Notes: generated by a model not told the origin, from the letters alone. 64,000 nt of DNA from Salinispira sp. (GCA_965226555.1 CBDDDG010000014.1:1-64000); one strand, 5' to 3'; counted from the stretch's first letter, positions 10,501 to 20,374 are shown. Translations and numbers: made by a program.

Positions 10501-10910
10501 TCTGGCTTTCCTTTCTCCCGAAGGAGCTCTTTATAAATTTTAAAGATTCAATTGCAAGGGCACTTATGAATCGCTTACACATGAAATATCAACATTCAAA
10601 TCTTCTTATCGATTCCATTGCGGGACTTCTGATAGGAAAACCTATAAATAAATGGGATGATAGTACCATTACTGTTTTTGAACGGGAATTTCATGAAAAT
10701 ATTCACCATATCGAAGATTTTGTGCTAAGTTATGGAGATAACCAAGAATTAGGCGCGGCCAGGATGAATTTAGCAAATCTCGCTGTGACCAGAATGAATT
10801 CCCTATTCAAAAAAATTGTCGATCTTCTTGGCAGTAAATCTGAAGCAGAGAGAATTGTGAGAGAGAAATTAGATATAGAGATGAGTAAAAATCAAAGTAC
10901 GGCTCAATAA
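7584..10910 (+). CDS. sspC: large P-loop ATPase, SspC-like
   Basis: Walker A PYGSGKS, Walker B WDEFGR, AQNERTLFTFL and PPYGLRKG; 1108 aa between DUF4007 and a PAPS reductase. Confidence 0.85.
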   Translation: MIAQKIDYSIQSILRSINILYDAEYVERIAHFQPTSKAVILLESLLALKKERAFFISAPYGSGKSITSTYILHAIENRPQSKTILSELNTRVMNIAPRVGEFLKNRENGNDKGIVIALRGYQENLAQSIRESLQDSFTRHGYEDRIVHQFESLNFDALVSRLPLLNEYVKDFPVDRISFIWDEFGRHIEGLIESGQPSRLNELQTLAECASRSASISITIAPLLHQNLINYAGKTPQSVKQEWRKIGGRFETIQYIDDSKEIYTLIANVINNLAQTEKSNVNFQQVISVFHQNKIMNDFSSGELFEIFSKSAPLTPAALFILPKLSSRIAQNERTLFTFLNAVNFSESIHGGILYDYFAQNMSQDTTVGGVFHQWSVTESALSKAENELEIEILKTLSLLNIAMAISKGRVSKDLLRITVLRSNINKKQVDDAIESLLKRKLLLHRKNTDSVTIWHGTEVDLFSRLQEEKERLSGSFDVIEFIETHFEPVHWKPVEYNSKFRIHRYFRSEYIGYERLRELRSEGIDNMFSETKDDGRIFFYLPASDDELKKGRKLILENGGNKRVLWALPRKKLELHEIALEVAAYLLMLEDTALIESDPYLKTEMHHLLDDAMEYLQKLVEIVTVPSLRGPIFLHEGKTIEQRSPRELRQYLSTIMKDVFSDTPRLNNEMIVRQHLRPALVNGRKKFLFAVLESTGAERLNLEGYTPDVSIFRSLLLNSGLYRQRYNEKTRLNWGFALPEELEDGGLAKIWKKFQDFFTDPGENKSFFKFFEELKAPPYGLRKGVVPVFLASALRSFPSVLSITHLKKGYLEDILPSHLEDICEHPEEYRVSVKILSDERVELLRRIDKLFDPEEKISVHEKDIIRKSYDAIEMWKSKLPEAALTSRRISTEARIFQETIRTIKNPWDTFFTTIPSKYNSSDINYLFALIEKSKAELEDVTTAYYEMARKSILSALQMPSYSNNQMSEAISLWLSFLPKELFINFKDSIARALMNRLHMKYQHSNLLIDSIAGLLIGKPINKWDDSTITVFEREFHENIHHIEDFVLSYGDNQELGAARMNLANLAVTRMNSLFKKIVDLLGSKSEAERIVREKLDIEMSKNQSTAQ

Positions 10911-10924
10911 AGGAGTGTTTATAG

Positions 10925-11737
10925 ATGGCAACATTGGCAGAAGCTTTGGCAACAATTGGAGATAATAATTACCGACATATTGTTCCGGTGTCCGGTGGTA
11001 AGGATTCCGCGGCATTGGCAATATATATGAAACAGAAATATCCGGAAATAGATGCTGAATATGTCTTTACCGATACCGACTGTGAATTGCCCGAGACATA
11101 CGAGTATCTTGAAAGACTTCAGGGTTTACTCGGAAAAGAAATTCATAGAACTAATGCGCTGGATAGTTTGAAAATAGAGCGTAAACCGGGTCGCAAGGCA
11201 TTCGATATTTACTTAAACGAATTATATGGGGGCTATCTTCCGAGCCCTCGGGCGCGCTGGTGTACTGGTGTTCTGAAAATTAAACCTTTCGAGGCTTATG
11301 TAGGTAATTCGACAGCTTTCAGCTATATAGGTATTAGGGGAGATGAAGACCGTGAGGGCTATATACCGAAAAAACCGCCTAAATTTTCAGATAAACCAAA
11401 CATTATCCCCGTGTATCCTTTTAAGGATGACGGTAAAACGTTAAGTGATATAAAGGCTATTCTTGAAGAGGCTGGCATAGGCCTTCCCAAATATTATAAT
11501 TGGCGAAGCCGTTCCGGTTGTTTTTTCTGCTTTTATCAGCAGATGGGGGAATGGCAAGGTCTTAAGGAACGACATCCTGATCTCTTTGAATCCGCAAAGA
11601 AATATGAGAAAACTACGGGAGAAAAGAAATTCACTTGGGTGGAAGGTCGGTCATTAACGGATATCGAAAATATGAAGGAACGATATTCTGTCGCCGATAT
11701 GGATGAAACCGAAGGCTGCGCTATTTGTCATATTTAG
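10925..11737 (+). CDS. sspD: PAPS-reductase-family protein, SspD-like
   Basis: SGGKDS PP-loop, RWCT, RSGCFFC and C-terminal CAICH. Confidence 0.85.
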   Translation: MATLAEALATIGDNNYRHIVPVSGGKDSAALAIYMKQKYPEIDAEYVFTDTDCELPETYEYLERLQGLLGKEIHRTNALDSLKIERKPGRKAFDIYLNELYGGYLPSPRARWCTGVLKIKPFEAYVGNSTAFSYIGIRGDEDREGYIPKKPPKFSDKPNIIPVYPFKDDGKTLSDIKAILEEAGIGLPKYYNWRSRSGCFFCFYQQMGEWQGLKERHPDLFESAKKYEKTTGEKKFTWVEGRSLTDIENMKERYSVADMDETEGCAICHI

Positions 11738-11799
11738 GCATTCAGGTTTCCTGAGCATGCGGTTTTTCATATACTCCCCCAAAGGAGGGATTATTCGAT

Positions 11800-12750
11800 A
11801 TGTTGCTACTCAGCGATAAGGAACTGGCATACAAATATAAAGAGTTTATTTTCCACCATGAAAATATCGTCATATTCTCTCCCTACATAAAACTTAACGC
11901 GTTAAAGTATATTTGTCATGATAATGAAAAACGGATCAGCAGTATTATTACTTCTTGGAAGCCGATAGATATTGTTTCTCAGGCGACAGATCTCAGTGTA
12001 TATGATTATGCGAAAGAAAACGGAATTACATTATATGTGAACAATGAAATTCATCTGAAAGTTATCGCAGACATGCAATTTAACTCCTGTATTCTTTCAT
12101 CGGCAAATATCACCAATAGAGGCTTATCCTTATCGGACAAGCACAGTTGGGAACTGGGAACAATTGTCGAGAAAATAGATGAGGAGACAAGGCATTATCT
12201 CCATAACATTATTGTAAAATCATTTGTGGTGCATGATGAATATTATAACAGCATTATCAATGAAATTCAGAAATTTCCTCCTGTCGAAAAAATTCCTCCG
12301 GCATTCAAAACTCCTTTTCCGAAGAAAAAATATACACTCAATGATCTCCCGTATTTTGATAATCCAAGTCGGTTATTTAACATTGGAAAAACAACTTTTG
12401 TTAGTGAAGGCAATGAATTCAGAAATGCCTTCCATGATTTACACCTGTACAATTGTATTTTATGTAATGATGAAACCGAGTTCTTCAATAAGATGAAATT
12501 GGAATTTCAAAATCATTACTTCATTCGGGAACTTATTAATTTTATCGGAGAAGGGCAGCGATTTGGTGCCATTTCATCGTGGTTGCATAACACATTACAG
12601 GATGATCCAGCTCCACCCCGTAAAATTATAAAAGAATTTCAACAAAGAATTTTTGCATACATTAGGTATTTTATGTCCGATGAATTTCAGATTACCCGTC
12701 CGAGCCATTCAGAATATATAACAAGAATTACTAGCGCAGGAAGAGAATAA
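11800..12750 (+). CDS. phospholipase D (HKD)-family nuclease domain protein
   Basis: SPYI, HLK..SANIT..GL..E: single-HKD nuclease pattern followed by an unknown C-terminal domain. Confidence 0.8.
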   Translation: MLLLSDKELAYKYKEFIFHHENIVIFSPYIKLNALKYICHDNEKRISSIITSWKPIDIVSQATDLSVYDYAKENGITLYVNNEIHLKVIADMQFNSCILSSANITNRGLSLSDKHSWELGTIVEKIDEETRHYLHNIIVKSFVVHDEYYNSIINEIQKFPPVEKIPPAFKTPFPKKKYTLNDLPYFDNPSRLFNIGKTTFVSEGNEFRNAFHDLHLYNCILCNDETEFFNKMKLEFQNHYFIRELINFIGEGQRFGAISSWLHNTLQDDPAPPRKIIKEFQQRIFAYIRYFMSDEFQITRPSHSEYITRITSAGRE

Positions 12751-12751
12751 G

Positions 12752-14389
12752 ATGAATGAAATAATTGTATCAGCACTCTCGCGATTTGGTCATGATGAAC
12801 TACGCAATTTTCTCCCCAAAAGCGCGCGGCAGTTGCTCGTTGGAGTCAATAAATTGAAGGATGAGGTTGAACTGAATTCTTCAAAATTGGCAAGGGTGAT
12901 CTGGCATAATTTTCCTGAGAGGTTTCTCCGTGATCCTTCAGCGTTCATTGAAGTAATAGAACATTTTGATGAAAAAGATGTTGCGCAGATTATTCTGGGC
13001 GATCGGGAAAAATTTAAGGAGGTAACTCCATCTCATTATATGGAACTGAAAAGATTTTACCAATCCGATCTACGGGCTTTTCTGGATAAAATTTCAGCCC
13101 TCGAAGATTATAATGCCATTCAGGTTATGAATGAGACAAAAATACAACTGAGACGCGTTAAACCGAATTTCAAGCTATTCGAATATCAAGCTGATATTTC
13201 ACGAACTGTCCTTTCAAAAATGAGGCGGGAGAAGAATGCCCGAATGCTTATTCACATGCCCACCGGTTCAGGAAAGACGCGGACTGCCATGAATGTTGTG
13301 TGTGAACATTTGCGGGAAAATAACGACAATTTAGTTGTCTGGCTGACTGACCGCGAAGAATTGTGTCAGCAAGCTGTCAGTACGTTTGAATTGGCCTGGG
13401 GCAATCTTGGTCTTTATGACAGCACGGTGTATAGCTTTTTTTCTGATACCGATGATACTGTTGGAGGCGTTGAATCCGGCTTTCTTGTCGCTGGCCTGCA
13501 AAAAATTCATGCCTTGAAATCAAGTAAAAAACGAAACACAAAACTCTTATACGAAATATTATGTAATGAGGTCACTCTCATTGTATTCGATGAGGCTCAT
13601 AAATCCATTGCGGATACATATAGGGCAATAATCGAAGACATAATTCTCCGCAATGATATTCCATTCATTGGGTTAAGCGCAACTCCCGGCAGAGAATATT
13701 CCGAAGACGGGCTGACCCCCGCGGATATGAAACTTGCCGCTTTTTTCAACATGCAGAAAATTTCAATGGAGATACGCGGATATTTGTCGCCAATTGATTT
13801 CCTTGTTCAAAATAAATATTTGGCTGATGTTACTTTTTATCCGCTCCATTATAAATACTCAAAGATACTTGGCGATAATATTAGTAGATTTGCTGAAAAT
13901 CGAACTGAAATTGTCCAAATGTTGGCGACAGACTCCGATCGTAATGCAATTTTGTTGGAAACAATAATGAAAGAGGTAAACAATGGCAGCCAGATCATAG
14001 TATTTGCGACCAGTGTTGAACATTCCGTGAATCTTGCGGTATTATTGTCGTATTCGGGTGTCGCGGCAGTTTCCATTGATAGTAACAATGACACAAAACT
14101 TACCCGAAGGTTGAAAGTCGAGCGATACCTGAAAAAAGAAATTCAAATATTGGTCAATTTTAATGTTCTTACAACCGGATTTGACGCGCCAAAAACGAAT
14201 GTTGTTATAATTGCACGCCCGGTTTCTTCTTTGGTTCAGTATTTCCAAATGGTTGGCAGAGCAATGCGGGGAGAGCACAGCGGAGGTAATTTGAATTGCC
14301 GAGTATATACAATTATGGACGATATTCCTGAATTCAAAGATGTTGTTAAGGCCTTTGAATATTGGGATGAAATGTGGAGGAATAAATGA
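12752..14389 (+). CDS. SF2 DEAH helicase (ResIII-like)
   Basis: MPTGSGKT, DEAH, SATP, TGFDAP and QMVGRAMR motifs. Confidence 0.9.
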   Translation: MNEIIVSALSRFGHDELRNFLPKSARQLLVGVNKLKDEVELNSSKLARVIWHNFPERFLRDPSAFIEVIEHFDEKDVAQIILGDREKFKEVTPSHYMELKRFYQSDLRAFLDKISALEDYNAIQVMNETKIQLRRVKPNFKLFEYQADISRTVLSKMRREKNARMLIHMPTGSGKTRTAMNVVCEHLRENNDNLVVWLTDREELCQQAVSTFELAWGNLGLYDSTVYSFFSDTDDTVGGVESGFLVAGLQKIHALKSSKKRNTKLLYEILCNEVTLIVFDEAHKSIADTYRAIIEDIILRNDIPFIGLSATPGREYSEDGLTPADMKLAAFFNMQKISMEIRGYLSPIDFLVQNKYLADVTFYPLHYKYSKILGDNISRFAENRTEIVQMLATDSDRNAILLETIMKEVNNGSQIIVFATSVEHSVNLAVLLSYSGVAAVSIDSNNDTKLTRRLKVERYLKKEIQILVNFNVLTTGFDAPKTNVVIIARPVSSLVQYFQMVGRAMRGEHSGGNLNCRVYTIMDDIPEFKDVVKAFEYWDEMWRNK

Positions 14390-16194
14390 GCAACAGATTT
14401 CTTAACGGACAAACAGTTATACACTCACTTCGCGATAATGGATATAGCAATACTGCGTATGCTCTTGCTGAGTTAATTGACAATAGTATTCAGGCAAAAG
14501 CCACCAGAGTCGAATTGTGTTTTCTTGAGTCGTCTAAGCAGAATCCAAAACGAATAACATCATCGGTTGATCACATTATTGTGTGGGATAACGGAAACGG
14601 CATGGATTCAGATACCCTTGTCAAAGCCATGCAATTTGGCGGGAGCAAAAACAGAGAAGAAGTCGGTGGAATGGGTAAATTTGGGATGGGGTTGCCGAGT
14701 TCCTCCATCAGTCAATGTAAGCGGGTTGACGTCTGGAGTTGGCAAAATAATCAGACACCCCTGTATACATATCTTGATGTCGATGAAATGCGAAACGGTA
14801 CTCTGGAAGATGTTCCGATTCCCGAACCAAAAAAACTGCCGAAAGAAGTGGAGAAAGCTTTATTTCCTGTCATGCCGGAGTCGGGAACTCTAATAATGTG
14901 GTCGAAACTCGATAGAATTAACTGGAAAACCGGAAAATCGATATTCACGCACTGTGAGTATCTGGTCGGTCGCTTGCACCGACGATTTATTAATAACGGG
15001 AAAGTTGTCATTAAGGCGAAAATTTTTACGCAAATTTCAAGTGGTGAATTGGAGTTGCAAAATACGGAATTATTCAAATGTAATGATCCATTGTACTTGA
15101 TGAAGGATACATCTCTACCTGAATTACCCAGACCTTATGAAGGCGAGAGTTTCTTTGAATTGTATAGTAGTAATGCCACTATTGAGGGGGTGTATCGAAA
15201 CGAAGATGGTGAGGAAGATATGGCTAAGGTTATTGTTCGATCCACAATAGTTAAAAAATCTATTGCGAAAGAAATACTCAAAACATCTTCCATAAGACTT
15301 GGAGGCACGGAGTGGGGAAAACATTGCGCTAAGAATATTGGGGTTTCCATTGTACGTGCGGGAAGAGAATTAGCGTTGAAAAAATCGTTTTTGAAGAAAG
15401 AACTTCGCGAGTATAAGGGGCGGTTTATTGGTATTGAAGTTGAGTTTCCTCCAAAGTTAGATCATATTTTTGGAGTAACAAATAATAAGCAGGATGCTGT
15501 TAAGCTTGTGGATGTCGATTTTGCTGAATTAGCCGAGCAAGGAGGGTTTGAATTAGAAATTGAATATGAGAAGGAATTAGAAGAAAATAATGATCCATAT
15601 TTGACTGTGCGAAAAGTTATTAAGGCGATAAAAAATCAGATTGATGCGCTTGATAAAGAGTTAAAAAATATTCAGATTGAAGGAAAATTATCCAGAGCTC
15701 ACCCCGGTGCCGAAACAGAGAAGCAAGTTGCAATTGACGCAACAAATCGTTCAGATTTTCGTGAGGAGCAGGGGCATAAGGCCGATGATTACTCACAATC
15801 ACTGGAGAAAGATTTAATTAAGGAAACGTTAACGAAAAAAGGGTACTATTCTGATAAGGATGCCGAGGGAGTTGCGGTGGAAATTGTTTCTAGCGAACAA
15901 CGATACTACATTGATAGTAAACCGCTTGGAGATTCACCCGCTTTTTTTGATGTTTCTACCGCTAATGGTCTGACACTTGTCATGTTTAACACGAATCATC
16001 CCTTTTACGAGATGCTAATATCCAAATTGGATAAAGACGAACTGTATTTTCTTGAACTTGCGATAGCTGGATTTGCGCGGATGATGAACGAAGAATCCTC
16101 TGATAAGCACAAAGCTTATCTGAATAAGATTCGCCAAGGATGGGGCAGTGTTGTTGCGGATTTTCTCAGGGAAGAACTAGAGGACGATTTCTGA
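14386..16194 (+). CDS. MORC-like GHKL ATPase
   Basis: ALAELIDNS, DNGNGM, GKFGMGL, SGT and FGVTNNKQ; overlaps the helicase (ATGA). Confidence 0.85.
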   Translation: MSNRFLNGQTVIHSLRDNGYSNTAYALAELIDNSIQAKATRVELCFLESSKQNPKRITSSVDHIIVWDNGNGMDSDTLVKAMQFGGSKNREEVGGMGKFGMGLPSSSISQCKRVDVWSWQNNQTPLYTYLDVDEMRNGTLEDVPIPEPKKLPKEVEKALFPVMPESGTLIMWSKLDRINWKTGKSIFTHCEYLVGRLHRRFINNGKVVIKAKIFTQISSGELELQNTELFKCNDPLYLMKDTSLPELPRPYEGESFFELYSSNATIEGVYRNEDGEEDMAKVIVRSTIVKKSIAKEILKTSSIRLGGTEWGKHCAKNIGVSIVRAGRELALKKSFLKKELREYKGRFIGIEVEFPPKLDHIFGVTNNKQDAVKLVDVDFAELAEQGGFELEIEYEKELEENNDPYLTVRKVIKAIKNQIDALDKELKNIQIEGKLSRAHPGAETEKQVAIDATNRSDFREEQGHKADDYSQSLEKDLIKETLTKKGYYSDKDAEGVAVEIVSSEQRYYIDSKPLGDSPAFFDVSTANGLTLVMFNTNHPFYEMLISKLDKDELYFLELAIAGFARMMNEESSDKHKAYLNKIRQGWGSVVADFLREELEDDF

Positions 16195-16249
16195 TTACGT
16201 CTGTTTTTCACAACGCCCACCTTGTATTCTCCGGGGTAATTCGGATGTG

Positions 16250-16367
16250 ATTGGAAGGAAGTACAGCCTGCCGATCATCATCAATGAGCAAAATTCATCG
16301 CACCGTTCGGTATCTGAACACCGAAGCTCAATGAGTTTCTCGGGCTGGCTGAGGAGCATCAAATGTT
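16250..16367 (+). mobile_element. collapsed remnant of the IS at 1-887
   Basis: 16257-16274 is identical to 91-108 and 16324-16340 is identical to 636-652. Confidence 0.8.
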
Positions 16368-16445
16368 AATATCCCACCAATTACTGAGCGGCGGTGTCTT
16401 TTTATCGGAAAATATGATACTATGGATGTGGAAAAGTAGGGAGCT

Positions 16446-17303
16446 ATGGGAAAAGTCAATGTCGAAGCGAAGAAAAACTACTCTGAAAAAATTAGGGTAT
16501 ACAAGAGAAAAATTGAAAAAATCCACCGAATTGAAAAAAACATTCTGGCAGAGATACAAAAGGACCCAAAATCCCGGGCCTCCGCATATGTTGTTCTCTC
16601 TGAAGAACATCTGAATCTTGCCGCAAATTATTTACTTCTCAATCGCATCTCGGTATCGCAGCTTGGAATAAAGAATGATAGCTTTCTGAATGATGCCCGA
16701 AAGTGTTGTTATGAAAGCATCATTTATCTGGAAAAAATTGTTACCGATCAGATTGACATACCGTTTTCCGATTTAGATGAAGCCTGGCGTTCTCTGGCGG
16801 GCCTGAGTGACCCGAAGCGCTACCAACTCATGAACAAGCTTGGGTTTACTATTGATTCGGTCATGGAAGGTTTTGGGGAGAATACTAAGTGGAAATGGTC
16901 CTTTGTCGACCTAAATGGCAGATATGCCACTGTGCTCAAGAATATCATTAATTTCCGCACCATTATTCCCGGGCTTGATCCGCGCATACAAGATTATCAG
17001 ATACGGTATAAACTCCTTGCCAGAGTAAAGCAGCTTTTGAATAAATCGGCTAACGATTTTCGTTTAAAATACGAGCTTTCAAGCAAGCGAATAGACGATT
17101 TTCGAACCGCCATACGGTTTTTAACTGTGCTTTTTCGCGTGTACAATATTCTGGGAGAAAACGATTTGGCAGAGGGAGTAAAAAAGAAGATTATTACATG
17201 GAAGCAGAAAATGGAAGATGACGCAAAAAAAGAGAAAACTAACTCCACGCAACAGCGAGGCTCCGCCGCCCAGCGAGGCTCCGTAAAGCGGAGAAAAACC
17301 TGA
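16446..17303 (+). CDS. conserved hypothetical helical protein
   Basis: 285 aa ORF with SD (GGAG); no recognised catalytic motif. Confidence 0.8.
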   Translation: MGKVNVEAKKNYSEKIRVYKRKIEKIHRIEKNILAEIQKDPKSRASAYVVLSEEHLNLAANYLLLNRISVSQLGIKNDSFLNDARKCCYESIIYLEKIVTDQIDIPFSDLDEAWRSLAGLSDPKRYQLMNKLGFTIDSVMEGFGENTKWKWSFVDLNGRYATVLKNIINFRTIIPGLDPRIQDYQIRYKLLARVKQLLNKSANDFRLKYELSSKRIDDFRTAIRFLTVLFRVYNILGENDLAEGVKKKIITWKQKMEDDAKKEKTNSTQQRGSAAQRGSVKRRKT

Positions 17304-17307
17304 GTTC

Positions 17308-18450
17308 ATGAGGCAGTTTCTCGTTGTCATAGTTTCTGCTGTTATCATCGGCATGTGTGTATCAATAGTTATTAATCCTCCTCGCCTTGCCGATGAAATT
17401 CTTCTTTCTCCGTATTGGACTTCAGCATACCCTGCGGAATCGTTCGGCGCAGAAACAGCAGCAGCAGCAGAAACAGAGGTCTGGGCGCCACTCTTTCTGG
17501 GCGATGAACTCCTCTTTGTGCATGCCGATGGTATTCTCGGCGCTCGGGAAAAAGAAGACTTTTACCTCCATTACACAGCCAATAGTTACGTGAACATTCC
17601 CCGCAAACATACTGCTGTTACTGTCAGAAATTACTCTGGCGATAGTATTATGAGCCTTGACGGCGCCGGTTTTCCAATACTTTCCAATTCACTTATCTTC
17701 ATGGTTTCTCCCGATGGGTTTGGGGTTGATGCGCAGGATGCGGAGGGTAACCGTCTTTTTTCCCGGCGCTGGTCCAGCCTTGTTATTACGGCTGACATTT
17801 GTCGGTTTGGTGATGATACAATGAGCGCTGTTGGTTTGCTCGATGGTCGGGTCTATGTATTTGTGAATGCGCATGAGGCTGTTCTTTCAGAGCCGGAAGA
17901 TTCCGAACTTTCCGTTCTTTACGGGCTTGCCCTGCATATTTCTGAAGACCGGGGGAAGACATTTGTGCATCTGTTCACGGTAGAGGGCTTTCATTCGCTG
18001 GTGTTACGGCATCAGACCTTTGAATTTACTGAAGAGGGAACCCTTGTTCCTGCCGGTAATATCAGCATCCCCCTATTGTCGCAGACAACTGCAATGATCC
18101 CGATCAAGATATTTGACAATTCTGTTGTGTTAGGGCGGAAGGAATTTGCCGAGGTCTACTCCATGGATTCTCTGGGACTGGAAGTATCGGATAATCGGGG
18201 CGGCAGCGCGCCTGTTATTATTCAAGGATCGGGAAATTTTCAGAATGTCTGGCAGAATGCGGAGCTGGATATTACCATGTATTCCTTTGCCGATTCCCGC
18301 CAATCGGAAATGAAAATGTACACGGGGGCGGGCATGCCGATTTTTTCATCTCTGCGTTCCTTTGCCTCTGCTGTGTGGACAGAGGGTTCCATCATGTATC
18401 AGCGGAACTCGGGCAGGGTATTTCTGTATCGTATTGAGGAGGGCTCATGA
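17308..18450 (+). CDS. hypothetical membrane-anchored/exported protein
   Basis: N-terminal hydrophobic helix; operon spacing. Confidence 0.75.
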   Translation: MRQFLVVIVSAVIIGMCVSIVINPPRLADEILLSPYWTSAYPAESFGAETAAAAETEVWAPLFLGDELLFVHADGILGAREKEDFYLHYTANSYVNIPRKHTAVTVRNYSGDSIMSLDGAGFPILSNSLIFMVSPDGFGVDAQDAEGNRLFSRRWSSLVITADICRFGDDTMSAVGLLDGRVYVFVNAHEAVLSEPEDSELSVLYGLALHISEDRGKTFVHLFTVEGFHSLVLRHQTFEFTEEGTLVPAGNISIPLLSQTTAMIPIKIFDNSVVLGRKEFAEVYSMDSLGLEVSDNRGGSAPVIIQGSGNFQNVWQNAELDITMYSFADSRQSEMKMYTGAGMPIFSSLRSFASAVWTEGSIMYQRNSGRVFLYRIEEGS

Positions 18451-19262
18451 AACAGAGCTGTATCGTTCTTATTCTCCTCTGTGCGATGCTCTGTACAACG
18501 TCCTTTGAATGGCCCGATGATGGGGAGCTTCTTACTGAATTCTCAGGGACCGATTCCATTGTTCAGTTCGGTAACAATGTTCCGTATATGGTGTTCAATG
18601 AGGGCGCTGCATTGCATCCTCCTTCAGGAACAATGGTTTTTCAGGGAAGGCTTCCCAACGGGCTTGGAGATATTCAGGTATTCAGTATTGAAAATAGATT
18701 TTTGTATCTTTACGGTACAGCGGCAGCATCATCACGTGCCATACTCATTCTGGATGCCGCGCAGCGGCGAATTATCAACCCTGAAATTCTTCTGGGTAAC
18801 CCTGAGGAAAATACTGCCCCGGCACTTCGGAAACTTACCATATTCCGAAAACCTGTGCCCGATCCGAATGCGGATCCGGAGCCGGAAGCAGACTCGGAGG
18901 CAGAACTGATAAAGGTATTGTATCCATGGAACAGCGGGAATGTTCTGCGCATTAATTCAGGTGAGTATTTTCTGAGCATAGACTGGGTTGATGGCCGCCG
19001 CTCCTTTGCCGATGTTGAAAATCTTTATTCCATTCTCCTCTATATGAATGGCGAATTGGCATATCAGCAGGGAATTATGTACTTTCAGGAACAGCAGAAT
19101 TCTCTGGAGTTGGTTCCCGGGTTTCATGGTGATATTACCTCAATATCGTTTATGATCAAACCGGGAAAGAATCTTCTTGAATTATATCTTCAGGATCCAA
19201 AGGGGCTATCGGCGCGTTATGATTTTTTCATTACTGGGGAAAGTATTCCGACAGCAGAGTAG
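18447..19262 (+). CDS. exported protein, possibly degenerate M23-peptidase-like
   Basis: Signal peptide and FEWP, PNGLG and INPE motifs, but no HxH metal ligands. Confidence 0.55.
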   Translation: MKQSCIVLILLCAMLCTTSFEWPDDGELLTEFSGTDSIVQFGNNVPYMVFNEGAALHPPSGTMVFQGRLPNGLGDIQVFSIENRFLYLYGTAAASSRAILILDAAQRRIINPEILLGNPEENTAPALRKLTIFRKPVPDPNADPEPEADSEAELIKVLYPWNSGNVLRINSGEYFLSIDWVDGRRSFADVENLYSILLYMNGELAYQQGIMYFQEQQNSLELVPGFHGDITSISFMIKPGKNLLELYLQDPKGLSARYDFFITGESIPTAE

Positions 19263-20109
19263 TTATAAAACCTTCAGCAAGGAACCTGCGGAACATGAGA
19301 AACTCATTCCCGTTCACTGCCCAATCTGCTTTGCGAATACGGCGCAGCCCTACTGGGACTGCGGCAGGTATGTGTTCTCCCGCTGTATACGCTGCGGGCA
19401 TGTGTATCAGAATCCTATGCCGGCATCCGACTATTTACTCGAACGCTACGATGCGGAATATAAGGAATATGAGGTTGAGAATAGTGAGAATTTTTTCACG
19501 CTCATGCGCTATGGGCTGAGAGATGCCGCATTTTTTTCTCTGGAGCGCGGGCTCTCCGGCGGGAAGCATGCGCTCGACATTGGCTGCGCAACGGGGGTAT
19601 TGGTGAAATATCTCTGCGGCCGCGGATGGAATGCCGAGGGTCTGGAGGTATGCCGTCCCGCTGCGGAATACGGCATGAAACATCGCGGGGTGCATATTCA
19701 TGTTGATACTCTGGAAGCGGCGAAGCTGGGCTCAGAGCGTTACGATCTGGTGCATTTTTCCCATGTTATTGAACATCTGCCCGACATTAACGCATTTCTG
19801 GAAGAAGTTCGCCGCATTACCCGAATCGGCGGCCATATCATTATGACAACGCCAAACAGAAACAGCCTGCAGGCTGCCGTAATGGGAAAACAATGGAGAT
19901 CCGCCATTGCCGATCATACACATGTATTTTCCGTAAAAGAACTCATAACTCTTGTTGATCGGCATGGATTTTCCCTGCTGCGTTGGAAAAGTTGGGGAGG
20001 CATTCCTGTGGGCATGGCGCATCCGCTGGTAAAAAAACATGTTGACCGCCTTGCGCGGCTCCTCGGCATTGGCGATGTTGTTATGCTCATGGCGAGGCGT
20101 GTATCGTGA
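19177..20109 (+). CDS. class I SAM-dependent methyltransferase with N-terminal Zn-binding motif (start uncertain)
   Basis: CPIC..CIRC, LDIGCATG, HVIEH and TPN motifs. Confidence 0.85.
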   Translation: MNYIFRIQRGYRRVMIFSLLGKVFRQQSSYKTFSKEPAEHEKLIPVHCPICFANTAQPYWDCGRYVFSRCIRCGHVYQNPMPASDYLLERYDAEYKEYEVENSENFFTLMRYGLRDAAFFSLERGLSGGKHALDIGCATGVLVKYLCGRGWNAEGLEVCRPAAEYGMKHRGVHIHVDTLEAAKLGSERYDLVHFSHVIEHLPDINAFLEEVRRITRIGGHIIMTTPNRNSLQAAVMGKQWRSAIADHTHVFSVKELITLVDRHGFSLLRWKSWGGIPVGMAHPLVKKHVDRLARLLGIGDVVMLMARRVS

Positions 20110-20374
20110 TATGCGGGGGCGGCGAGGGCGCATGGGCTGAGCGATGAGGAAATGCAGCGTGTATTCATTCTCTCGCCCGGCAAAGGTATGGTAGTTGTCG
20201 TATTTTTGGGAATATTCCTGTTGCAGCCACACAGTAACCTTGTTTCGAATTAGGTTGTATATGGCCTGCACCGCCTTGTGTGCCGAGGTGAACACACGGC
20301 ACATGTGTTTCCGCGTTCGACCTTGACGAAATGGATGAAAAAGGAGCGGCAGCAATTTGAACTGTATGTCAGCA

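Noticed and set aside
5485..16194. BREX type 4 or Dnd assignment
   Set aside because: No PglZ, BrxL, DndD or DndE; the gene set fits SspABCD.
1..16367. Composite transposon between the IS and its remnant
   Set aside because: The interval contains core nadK-recN and the right copy is a tiny degraded fragment.
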